This document shows, piece after piece, positions 54,701 through 64,000 of a stretch of DNA of 64,000 nt. The stretch covers positions 36,813,703 through 36,877,702 of the forward strand of contig CP154954.1 of NCBI GenBank assembly GCA_039621445.1, read 5' to 3'. This stretch comes from Euglena gracilis. Lineage: Eukaryota. The number at the start of each line of letters is the position of its first letter. The first letter of the stretch is position 1. The notes under the pieces are model-generated. The model ran no database searches. It was not told the DNA's origin and worked only from the letters and a program-made list of their open reading frames with translations. The translations under genes and the position numbers were made by a program.

Positions 54701-55018
54701 CACAGGGCAACCAGCAAGGCAAGACAACGATGAATGGGCGGGGGGGGGGGGGAATGGAGAGCAGGAGGGAGATGAAAAAGGTGGGGCAGGATACAGAAGC
54801 ATGTCCCCATTTTGAAAACCATCAAATGAAATCTGACAAAGAGAAACACTCGCAAGATTGTGAGCTGTCGTGTGCCTGCTGCTTTCGCAGCTTGGATCGA
54901 GGATTGTCAGCTGGCTTCAATTCCAAAGGTTTATCATGCCCCTCAATGTATGTGCCATTCAATGCTTTGATGCAATTATCAGCATCCTCAGCCGCTGTGA
55001 ATTCAATGAGTCCATATC
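42705..55018 (-). CDS. Spliced multi-RRM RNA-binding protein gene (ELAV/Hu- or CELF-like), 3' part; exons at ~54876-55018, 50840-~51059, 50369-50491, 48203-48235, 42705-42783
   Basis: Joining the last four exons gives an uninterrupted RRM: EEGSNLFVR|SLSSNVDELAMYRLFAQFGAIASIRVEMDFSRGLSKGYGFV|KFMRAADARAA|LEALNGFPLDGRSLDITFHKQKEKQ* (RNP2 NLFV, RNP1 KGYGFV, LNG motif). All three junctions are phase 2. An upstream exon encodes the C-half of another RRM. The 5' exons were not located. Confidence 0.85.
42875..43100. mobile_element. hAT-like MITE family A
   Basis: Same TIR and body as 35250. TSD ctctgaac. Confidence 0.9.
44271..44579. mobile_element. hAT-like MITE family D
   Basis: TIR catgcttgtgctta/taagcacaagcctg. 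TSD cttccagc. Confidence 0.9.
44588..45029. mobile_element. hAT-like MITE family C
   Basis: TIR catacatctct.taagg. TSD cttccagc. Confidence 0.9.
45916..46382. mobile_element. hAT-like MITE family C
   Basis: Perfect 17-bp TIR catacatctctctaagg. TSD atgcagac. Confidence 0.92.
46519..46766. mobile_element. hAT-like MITE family A
   Basis: TSD ttcatggg. Confidence 0.9.
48203..48235 (-). CDS. 33-bp micro-exon of the RRM
   Basis: Encodes (V)KFMRAADARA(A). Found because both of its flanks are complementary to the neighbouring exon flanks, and it keeps the frame. Confidence 0.85.
48236..50368 (-). other. Nonconventional intron, 2133 bp
   Basis: Starts gcc-TAGCCCTCT and ends AGGGGGCTA-ccaac. 9-bp stem (8 WC plus 1 G.U) in the same +4/-6 register. 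Confidence 0.8.
49494..49856. mobile_element. MITE with caggctt(t/c)tgcttaagg TIRs, nested in a family E element (~49425-50163)
   Basis: caggcttttgcttaagg ... ccttaagcagaagcctg. Confidence 0.75.
50369..50491 (-). CDS. Exon: RRM core (123 bp)
   Basis: Encodes SLSSNVDELAMYRLFAQFGAIASIRVEMDFSRGLSKGYGF(V), containing RNP1. Confidence 0.9.
50492..50839 (-). other. Nonconventional (intermediate-type: GT start, non-AG end) intron, 348 bp
   Basis: Starts gtt-CGGGCTTCTATTTAA and ends TTAAAAAGAAGCCTG-gttcc. 13 of 15 positions pair Watson-Crick plus one G.U. CTG lies at -8..-6. Confidence 0.85.
50840..51059 (-). CDS. Exon: inter-RRM linker plus RNP2 of the terminal RRM (5' boundary uncertain, 51036-51059)
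   Basis: ORF 50809..51036 ends ...VSAEAPEEGSNLFVR. The 3' boundary at 50840 is fixed by frame and by intron-end pairing. Confidence 0.75.
52293..53486. mobile_element. TIR element carrying a 71-bp tandem array
   Basis: Long imperfect TIRs gcggattcctgggggtg.../...cacccccaggaatccgc. Confidence 0.75.
52520..53290. repeat. 71-bp minisatellite, ~10 units
   Basis: Unit tttcattaacaaaataaaccccttttatctgccaaccccttttcgggtgcaagtcgacctaaccctatccc starts at 52610, 52681, 52752 and so on. Confidence 0.95.
54161..54659. mobile_element. TIR element with a 6-bp TSD carrying aaaattgcgg arrays
   Basis: TIR cagggggggg.a..aattgatatc/gatatcaatttt.cccccctg with ttcttt on both sides. Confidence 0.8.
54876..55018 (-). 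CDS. Exon encoding the C-terminal half of an upstream RRM (boundaries approximate)
   Basis: Manual minus-strand translation: YGLIEFTAAEDADNCIKALNGTYIEGHDKPLELKPADNPRSKLRKQQ, resembling ELAV/CELF RRM2 (ALNG...KPLxVKFAD type). An in-frame TGA directly upstream limits the exon start to 55018 or below. Not in the ORF track. Confidence 0.75.
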
Positions 55019-55184
55019 ACACCATTGTCCCCAACATGGGTGGATGGAATGGAGGTAGACTCCAAAATGTCTTCCTATGCGAGCTAAACCCCCCCAGATA
55101 ATACCCCCCCCGGGGGATTATTTTTTTCGCCCGAAGTCCCGGCCCGAGGGGGGGGGGGGGGCTCCCGGATCTGGCATGGGGGGG

Positions 55185-56460
55185 GGTTGTGGGGATCGAC
55201 CATGGTCGGCCCACGGTTGCCTCGGTCGTGGGGGGGTCGACCGAGAAGGTTGTGGGGGTCGACCGAGGGCGACCATGGTCGACCCCCACCCCACAGACGG
55301 ACCCCCCCTTTTTTGCAAGGTTGGTCGCCCTCGGTCGACCCACACAACATGACCGTCCATGTTCGCGGGCCCCAAGACAAACAAAATTTTTTCAATCCAT
55401 TTTGGGAGGCAAATCCCCTTTGTTGCCCAACTGTCTGCCCAAATCCCTTGTGCTACCCACCCGTTTTCCGGGGCAAATCCCTTTTTGTTGCTCAACTGTT
55501 TGAGGGCCCCAAAAAAACAAAATCCCTTGTGTTAGCCACCTGACGGGTGGGTAACACAAGGGGATTTGTTATTTTGGGGCCCTCGGACAGTTGAGCAACA
55601 AAGGGGATTTGCCCCCCAAAACTTGAGGGTAACACAAGGGATTTGTTATTTCGGGGCCCTCAAACAGTTGAGCAATAAAGGGTATTTGCCCCCCAAAATG
55701 GGTGGGTAACACAAGGGATTTGCTCCTCAAAACGGGTGGGGAACACAGGGGCAAATTCCCCTTGTTGCTCAACTGTTCAAGGGCCCCAAAATAACAAAAT
55801 CCCTTGTGTTACCCACCATACATCTCTTCAAGGACCCCGGGGGGGGGTTGCTGGGCTAGGGCTAGAAATTTGGGCTGGCTAGCCCGCCCCCCCCCCGGGG
55901 GGGGGGGGGGGGGGGGGCTGGGCCCCGGCTGGACCCGAACCGGGGCGAGCTGGACTGAAATCGGAAAAATGCCCAAAAATGACCTGCAGAACACAGTTTT
56001 GAAAAAATGATGCATCTGAAACCCCCCAAAATGCCCCAAACGCCCCCCAAACCCCATTTTTGGCCACTTTTGAACACAATTTTTCAAAAAATTTCGGCGC
56101 TTTGCGCCGAAAAATTTTGGGCTGGACCCCAAAAAAAGGGGCTGGCTAGCTGGGCTAGCAGCACCCCCCCCCCCGGGGGGGTGCTGCTGCGGCTGGGTTT
56201 GCCCCAAATGGGGGCTTGCTTCTGCCGCCCCCCCCCCCCCCGGGGGGTTCGCAAAACCTTAGAGAGATGTATGTTACCCACCCCCTTTGTGGGGGTCGAC
56301 CGAGGGCGACCGACCTTGGAAGGGGGGGGGGTCCAGCTGTGGGGTGGGGGTCGACCATGGTCGCCCTCGGTCGACCCCCACAACCGCAGCTCGGTCGCCC
56401 TCGGTCCCCCCCACGACCGAGGCGACCGCGGGCCGACCATGGTCGACCCCCACAACCCCC
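55185..56460. mobile_element. Foldback element with ~160-bp TIRs of gtcgaccgagggcgacc motifs
   Basis: 55190-55345 is the inverted counterpart of 56285-56460. Internal inverted aaatcccttgtgttacccacc repeats. Confidence 0.7.
55817..56273. mobile_element. hAT-like MITE family C
   Basis: TSD ttacccac. Confidence 0.9.
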
Positions 56461-57228
56461 CCAGGCCAAATCTCACCCCCCCCCGAGGGGGGGTATTATT
56501 TGGGAGGGGTATTATTTCCCAAAAATTTTCAAAATTTTTTCAAGTCCCCCAAAACCCAAAATAGCACCCAAAACCCCCTTTGGGGTCATTTTTTGTCCTT
56601 TCTCAAAAATTTAGCATTTTTGGAGGGCAGATGATCGCAATTTGTTGTCAGAGATTGTGATTTTTACCCAAATTTCCAGTCAAATTCCGGGTCGTCGGCC
56701 CAAGATTTGGGGGGGGGTATTAATTCGGTGGCCGAAGTCGGACCCCGAGGGGGGGAGGGTATTATTCGGGGGGAGGGTTTAATCCACCCCCCCCCCAAAT
56801 ACAATCCTGGGATTCTGGGGTCTGATTTTTGGAAGAGTGCACTTTTTGGATTTTTTTTGTTGAAAATTTTGGATTACAGCTTTGGCCTGATGCCAGCAAT
56901 TTGGCCCACAGTGTGCCAGAATTCTGGCCACTTCCACCATGAATAAATGAAACCAACACATCCCCTCGCAATTGGAAAAAAGGGGGGGAAATGCCGAAAA
57001 TTTTGTTTAATCTTGGCCTTTCCATCAAATTTTGGAGGTCTCATTATATTGTTTGGATCCGGGTTGTGGGGGGGGGTCACGGGGATGAAAAACCCCATCC
57101 TATTAACCATTTTTTTTGAAAAAAATGCGATTGTTTTGTTGTTTTGATTTTTGTGAATTTTGTTTTTTGGTGCTTTTAAGATTCAGTTTTTGAGTTTTGG
57201 GAATTTTCAGCAGTTTGGGGCTCTAGGC

Positions 57229-58219
57229 GGTAGACTGGGGGGGGGGGGGGTCCTGGGTGGTCGGCCGACTAGGCCTGGTCGGCAGCTAGTCGGCGAGACA
57301 GGGGGGGGGGGGTCCTGGGTGGTCGGCCGACTAGTCGGCCGACCACCCACTCTAATGTAGTTACGGGCCAGTCTCGCCAACTTTTTATGAAGGAAATTGT
57401 ATGCAAACTAGTTGGTGGCTAGTCGGTGGTCATAAAAATGGTCTGTGGCAGGTCCAAACCACCCGGAAATGGTCCGGATGGGTCCAAATAAGTGCCTTAC
57501 ACCAACAGGAACACCCTCAGATAGAAACCTTTGGTCAATGGGGGGTCGGTGGGCCCTTGATGGGGTCTGGAGGGGTAAAAAACCAATGACGAAACAGGGA
57601 TTACATGAAAATCCTTTAGAAATGCAAGCATTCTGCATCACGACAGGCTGAAAACTCCCCCCTCCACCCCCACCCGAGCCCAGATAACAAAATCCCTTCT
57701 ATGTTGGCAACATACTCGGGGGCTAAGTCGTTTTTGTGGCTCACTTTTGCATAGGCGGGGGGGGGCTCCGCCCCCCGCACCCCCCCCCTCAAATAACAAA
57801 ATCCCTTCTATGTTGGCAATATACTTGGAGGGCTAAGTCCTTTTTGTGCAAATTTTGATTTATATATTGAAAATCCAACGAGGAGAAGTGTTCTTTTCCC
57901 AAAAGTGGCCCAAAATGGACATTTTGCCCCCAGTTTTTTTGCATATTCACCCCCGATTGGGGGTTCTGGAGCCATTTGGGTGGGTTTTGACTGGTTTTGG
58001 GGTGATTTTTTTTGGACAAAAGTTTTTTCTCAGGGGGGGGCTTAAAAGTCGGCGAGACTGGCCCGTAACTACATTAGAGTGGGTGACTAGTCGGCCGACC
58101 ACGCAGGACCCCCCCCCCCCTGTCTCGCCGACTAGCTGCCGACCAGGCCTAGTCGGCCGACCAATTGAGTGGTCGGCCAATTAGTCGGCCGACCACCCAG
58201 GACCCCCCCCCAGTCTACC
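57229..58219. mobile_element. Foldback element with ~150-bp TIRs; another copy starts at ~63975
   Basis: ggtagactgggg...ggccagtctcgcc is inverted at 58050-58219. Confidence 0.8.
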
Positions 58220-59078
58220 GTTTGCCACTGCAGTTTGGACAAACTTTTGGGCGAAAAACACAATTTTTTTTGCCAGGGGATGGTAACTGGCAGTCTTTTT
58301 TGGGGAGAAAATGTTTGCAGTTGATTTTGTCGGACGGGGTGGGGTCCAGTCCGAACCCCCCCCCCACAGAGTCCGGCCAGCCTGCTGGACCCGGCGGGCG
58401 CCTCCACACAGAATAAGAGAGTCTTCGTATTTAGGCCGGCGGGGCGTCTTTGAAGAGGTATTATTTTCTATCGAAAGCTCCCAGACATTTGATGTTCTAT
58501 AATCATGTTCCATTAAATGAAATATGTTCTATCATTTTCTTTCTGTTGAGCTCATCATGTCGGCCGTCCCTCTTCATGGAGTCCAACATATATCACAGCT
58601 GGTGGCAGACAATATCTGTACAAAAATCGACTGCCACTAATGGCGCCGGGCAGCCTGGCGCCTTTGGCACCTTGGGCCGCCCGGCGCCCCTGCTAAAATT
58701 GTTACTTAGTGCAGTCGATTGTTCTAAAACCTATTTCGCAGGGCCCGCATGCCTGTCTTCAGCAACCTTTAACAATTAGAAACCTATTTCAAAAATTCCC
58801 CAAAATTGGCCAAATGGAAATTGTTGCACAAAATACCCCAATATCTGGCCAAATGCCCCCAAAAACTGCTCAGATGTGATTGCCACGTGTCTACTAACCA
58901 TTTTGAACGCTTTTGGGCATTTCTTATTTTCGATCCCCTAGACGCCATCTTCCCGCCCGAACCGGCGTTCTGGACGCCGGTTCGGCACAAAAATTTCTGC
59001 GCCGAACCGGCGTCCAGAACGCCGGTTCGGGCGTGAAGCCAGAGCCCCAATACGAACACCATGAAGCACAGCTGGAAT

Positions 59079-59453
59079 CAGGGGTTTTTTTTAAGACGGG
59101 GGGGGGAGGGGGTGGCCGCCCGACCCACCCACCCCCCTGGGGGGGGCCGCCCCGGGGGGGGGGGGGGGAGGGGGTCCCGGGGGACCCACAAAAAATGGCC
59201 GAAAAATCGCGAAAAGTGCTAAAAATAGAATTTTTTCGGCGCCTGCGGCGCCGAAAAGTATATCCCACCCCCCTCCGGGGGGGACCCCCCCCACCCCCCC
59301 CTCCTGGCCCGCAGATCGAAAGCAAGCAGTTCTCAAGGGCTTTCAGCAGATGGCTTTAGATTCCAGCCAGGGATTTTTTTAAGTTTGGACCCCCGGGGGG
59401 GGGAGGGGGGGTAGGGTGGGTGGGTCCGCCGGACCCCCTCCCCCCCCGGGGGG
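59079..59453. mobile_element. Family A MITE whose right end is inverted
   Basis: Left TSD gctggaat (59071-59078). The right end and TSD appear as reverse complement, attccagc-cagggattttttt, from 59360. Confidence 0.75.
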
Positions 59454-59750
59454 ACACCCCCCCACCTAAACAATTGCGCGGTCTGGGTGATCGAAAATTT
59501 TTGACCCCCCAAAACGACCAAAGGTGCCATTTTTGGCACTTTTTGGGCAAAAATGTGCCAAAAATGTAAAAAAATTTCGGCGCAAAGCGCCGGAGGAAAA
59601 AAATGACCCTTTTTTGGGGGGGTCCCGGGGTCGGTCCGGACCCCTTGGCAGGTGGGGGGGGGGGGTGGTCCGGACCCCCCCCCCTGCGGGCCAGGAGGGG
59701 GGGGAGGGGTGGGGACACCCCTCCCACCTAAACCATGTACGCTCTCCTTA

Positions 59751-60005
59751 CCGGAGGGATGAAAATACCGCGCAGCATTAATTACCGATTGGATTAATTC
59801 CGCTCCTGGGCGAGTTTCCGTAATTGGCGATCTGGGCATTTTTCTGGCACGGCGGCCGGAATTAGGATCAGGCAAAAATTAATCTGGATCGCGGAGTGCG
59901 TTTTTTCTGTCTCACAGCGTAACGATCAGGCGTCTGGCAGGCTTTATTAAAGAGCGGTATTAATCCATTCGGTATTACTACCGAGCGGCATTTTAATCCC
60001 CCCGG
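59751..60005. mobile_element. TA-targeting (Tc1/mariner-like) MITE inserted in the right TIR of a family B copy
   Basis: TIR ccggagggatgaaaataccgc/gcggcattttaatccccccgg splits cctta|tatcaaaccctg. Confidence 0.7.
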
Positions 60006-60901
60006 TGTATCAAACCCTGGTTCTGAGGGTACCAAGCGAAAAGTCTTGGGGAGAGTTTTTTGATTGACATGCTGTATGGCACCTGAGGTGTGGGATTTCA
60101 CAAATTAAGATGTCAAAATTTGGAATGCACGATCGCTGAAAATAAGCGCTGTGTGCATAATGGCTAAATCCTATGGCCATCTGTCAAAAGCCCTTGAGAA
60201 GAGCTTTCGATCGATGGGTAACATGGCATCACATTTGTGAAAACTTCAATCGGCCGATCGACATGGCCATGCGCCCAAAGGAGCCAAAAATGCTCAAAAA
60301 TGTTCGAAAAATGGGTATTTAGGGCGAAATTGGCCGTGATTCCTTGAACGCCGGTTCGGGTGTGAAGCGAGAGCCCCTAATCTACGGTTTCTACACGCAA
60401 ATTGTGGCTGAGCCCAGATTTCAGCCTGAAAACGTGTTCAGCCAGGGGGCCCCCGAAGGGGGCCCCCTGAAGACGTTTTCAGGCTGAAATCTGGGCTCAG
60501 CCACAATTTGTTTGAAAACGTGCCTAACCACAGATACCTTAATGGAAAACGTGTCATTGCCACAGATGCCCTCATTGAAAACGTGTCACCCCCCCCCCTT
60601 TCCGCAGCCTTCCCACTATGGCTAAACGCACGGCTAACTTTGTGAATGGCCTTTTGCCACCTCCCCCTAGGACGGAACTGTTCCTGGCTGCTCTCGCGGT
60701 ATACCAGCAAGATGCCAAGAAGCCGAAGGTTGACCCCCTTCATGGCACCTTGCTGGCACAGGGCAACACAAAGAAAAGTCCGGCTCCGTGGGAGCAGAGC
60801 TTGCTGCTGTTGCCAACTGTTTGGAGTTTGCCAAACTGTGTCAACATCGGCAAGCCTCTTATCCTGAGCTGCATGCTTTCTTTGCTTGGACGGGATGGGA
60901 G

Positions 60902-61212
60902 CATGCTTGTGCTTACCAACCGGGGGGGGAGGGGGGGGTGCTATAGGGTGCCTGCCCCTAGCAGGCACACCCCCCCCCGGGGGGGATAGGGGTCCGGGCC
61001 GGACCCAGAAAATTTTCATTGAAAATGGCCCTTTCCCGGCCCCCGGCGCCTTCGGCGCCGGGGTCGGAGGGGGGTGCCTGCTAGGGGCAGGCACCCCCCA
61101 AAACCCTACGCCCCCCCCCCGGGCCGGGGGGGGGGGTCGGATCGGGTGCTATGGGGTGCCTGCCCCTAGCACCCCCCCCCGTGGGGTAGGCACCCGACTA
61201 AGCGCAAGCCTG
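60902..61212. mobile_element. hAT-like MITE family D
   Basis: Same TIR and body. TSD gatgggag. A partial copy is at ~33660-33805. Confidence 0.9.
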
Positions 61213-61637
61213 GATGGGAGCTGGAACCCAGCCTGTTGTTCGATGAGGCGAGCGTCATTGAACAATGTGTGGCTCAACATGAGCAGCAGTCGGGAACTTT
61301 TTTCGTTTCAGGGAATCGTTCGGCAACCTCTTTTCTTCTTTGCCATTCCCAAAAATCCAAATTGTGTGGAGCTGAAAAAAGGTGTGTGTGACGCCTACGG
61401 TTTGGCATATCATTTTCATTGCCAAGATTTGCGGCGGCCACCAAAGTATGGCTCTTTTTTGTGTAAAGTGTGACGTGTTCCGTGATGTCCGCCACTCCGT
61501 GTCGTTGTGCTCCAAGGCAACCTAGCCTTCTGTTGTGTTGTAGAGTGCCCCTGACCCGCCTCACTCGTTGAGGACCACCCGACCTCGCAACTACCCGCTG
61601 ATTTTTCATGACACCGTTTTTTGCTTTTTACTCAGGG

Positions 61638-61772
61638 TTGCCACAGATGCCCTAATGGAAAACGTGCCTGAACGTGTCATTGCCACAGATGCCCTAATGG
61701 AAAACGTGCCTGAACACAGATGCCTTAATCGAAAACGTGTCATTGCCACAGATGCCCTCATTGAAAACGTGT
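61638..61772. repeat. Tandem ttgccacagatgccctaatggaaaacgtg units (also ~60530-60585)
   Basis: Direct reading. Confidence 0.75.
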
Positions 61773-62938
61773 TCATGACCACGAATTTCAGGGCAGGCAT
61801 TTGGCGGGCTGAAAACGTTTTTAACACTGTGTCCAGAACGCCGGTTCGGGCGTGAAGCTGTGTTTCAGAACGCTGGTTTGGGCTGCCGCCCGAACCGGCG
61901 TTCTGGACACAGTTTTCGTATCAGAAACCCACACAGTGGTTTTTTTGTTGTTTTCACGGCACCCCTCTGAAAGCCATTTAAACCGGCGTTTGAGACGCCG
62001 GGTTCAGGACAGAACCGGCGTCCCCCCCACGGGTTTTCCGGACGCCGGACAGAACCGGCGTCCGCCACCCCTTTTGCAGTATATACAAACGGGCGCCTGT
62101 CTTGAAACCGTTCGACCTTTTGTGAAATCTCTTATTTGCCTCATCATCCTTCTTTAAAGCTGTGAAGTGTGCAATGTTCGGTGGCACTGTGTGTGGATCT
62201 CCGACATCCACCCAGCTTTGGGTGGATGTGCGAGGGCTGTCGCGGCGCTATGTAGTTGTTCAGTTTCCGTTGTGATCCTGGTTGTGATTGTGCCCTGGTG
62301 ATTTTTGTCTTTTGTCTGTCACGTTTCTGTCGTTAACCCTATTTCAGCTCTTGTTGAGCTCTGGGGCACCAGTCCCCACACATTCTTTTGTGCCTTCAAT
62401 TGTGGGTTCACTAGGGTGGTGGCATTCGTGAAAAGTGGTCAGAAAGAAAAGTAAAAAGATCGTGAAACTTCATGAAATTTCAGGGGCCGGAAATTTCAGT
62501 CACGACCCTGGGATTCACAGATCCTTTTGTGGCTTCAATCAGTTACCAGCTGCCTACATCCCACGGGCGCCTGTCTTGAAAACCGTTTCATACAAACGGG
62601 CGCTTGGTCTTGCAAAGCCGCCCAGAACGCCGCCCGCCACTGCGGGCCGCCGGCCTGTACGGCCTGCCTCCTCAATATGCTCCCATCCCACGTGGAAAGT
62701 GGAATGTGCCAATAGTTAGAAGCCAGCACCTTTCTTCCAGCTGGGAGTCATGGTGGTGGAAACGCAAATTGGTGCCAAATGTTTTTTTGGTATTTATCAT
62801 GTTTCCAGCTAGCCTGGCACTTCCCGTTTTTAAGACATGGATCGGAGAAAGCAGTTCTTTGCTTGATGGTGAAGCAAGAAAAAACATATTGGCAGGAAAT
62901 CTGTTGTTTGGGCGACATCCTGTCATGGAAGCTCCACT

Positions 62939-63226
62939 CAGGGGTTTTTTTTTTAGTCTTGGCCCCCCTCCCCCCCCCCAGGGGGGGGTAGGGTGGGTGG
63001 GTCCCTTGGACCCCTCCCCCCCCGGGGGGGGGGGGGGGGTGGGTGTAAGGGCTGGTGGGTATATATTTTTCGGTGCTGAAGGCACCAAAAAATATGAAAA
63101 GGTGCTATTTTCAGCATTTTTGGACATTTTCGGGCAAAAGTGGGTGGGTCCCCTGGTGGGGGGGGACACCCCAGGGGGGGTGGATGCCGACCCCCTCCCC
63201 CCACCCCCGGTCTTAAAAAATCCCTG
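62939..63226. mobile_element. Family A-related MITE (older)
   Basis: cagggg...tccctg termini. Flanks gctccact/gtttcagt match at 5/8. Confidence 0.7.
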
Positions 63227-63350
63227 GTTTCAGTGACAAATTTTCTTTTTGTTGCAAATTTTCTGCCATTTTGCCACTTTCTGCCCACTTGAACGTTTTT
63301 GTGAAAATCAGGGGGGGGGTGATCATGATGATGATGATGGCGACGACAAA

Positions 63351-63410
63351 TATTATTATTATTATTATTATTATTATTGTTATTGTTATTGTTATTATCA
63401 TTATTGTTAT
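63351..63410. repeat. (TAT)n microsatellite
   Basis: Direct reading. Confidence 0.95.
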
Positions 63411-64000
63411 TCTCAAAAAACGAGGAATTTTTTGTTGAACCCCGGAAAGGTTTGGAGCAGGCTTCTTTAAGTGAACGTCCTTTTTTGGCCCCCCAAAAGC
63501 CCCCCCCCCCCCCCGGACCTCCTCTTCCTTCCCTTTTTGGGGGTGGGTGCTGGGCACCCCCCTCCCTCTTAAAAAAAGAACTCTTCCCTTCTTTCCGGCT
63601 TTATCCCAAAGTGCCTTGCATTCACCTCCCCCCCCCGTCTCACAGTTCCGTGGCTGCTGGTGGTGGCTGGTCCCCCTCCTCACCGCCATCGGCGCCGCCA
63701 GCTGGACACGCAGGGCGGCGCTGTGAAAATGGTCAGTTCGGGGGTGGCCAGGCGATTTCCCTTTGGGAATGCACCCACACAAACTGGGCGATGAGGATTT
63801 TCTCACAAAAGAAATCCCCCCCCAATCCTGGTTGGTGAACATGTGGTGACCCCAAACGTATTTCTCAGTGCAAAGTGGCAAATCTTCTCTGCGGTGGGGG
63901 GTCGGCACGCCGTGGCGAGGTTTCCGGCTAGGGGGGGGGGAGGGGGGTTTTTGGCGTTTTTTGGCGTGGCGAGAGTGGCAAACGGTAGACTGGGGGGGGG

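Noticed and set aside
57605-57645. Minus-strand VVMQNACISKG as the exon preceding YGLIEF
   Set aside because: It lies inside a foldback element, and its flank does not pair with the 55019 intron end.
61440-61515. Possible SWIM zinc finger of a MULE transposase
   Set aside because: It needs a frameshift, lacks the CxH end, and no DDE domain is visible.

Overview
Eukaryotic, very repeat-rich and homopolymer-rich genomic DNA. The intron style points to a euglenid (inference). About 6.5-27.7 kb is a nested cluster of DIRS1-type tyrosine-recombinase retrotransposons. It includes one structurally complete copy at 21731-26589 (ITRs, ICR, gag-RT-RNaseH-adenine methyltransferase-YR), plus truncated, nested, scrambled and miniature copies and a second divergent family. 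The rest is a mosaic of short TIR elements (MITEs), many with clean 8-bp target-site duplications, along with foldbacks and mini/microsatellites. Hidden among them on the minus strand is a multi-RRM (ELAV/CELF-like) RNA-binding-protein gene. Its last RRM can be rebuilt in frame from four exons only by using non-GT-AG, euglenid-type 'nonconventional' introns whose ends base-pair. The main observation is that the intron geometry (3 nt + stem ... stem + 5 nt) is exactly what removes a CAG...CTG MITE plus one copy of its 8-bp TSD. One intron still carries a MITE-like terminus and a 6/8 TSD remnant, which suggests hAT-like MITEs generate these introns. Most ORFs in the supplied track are low-complexity artefacts.
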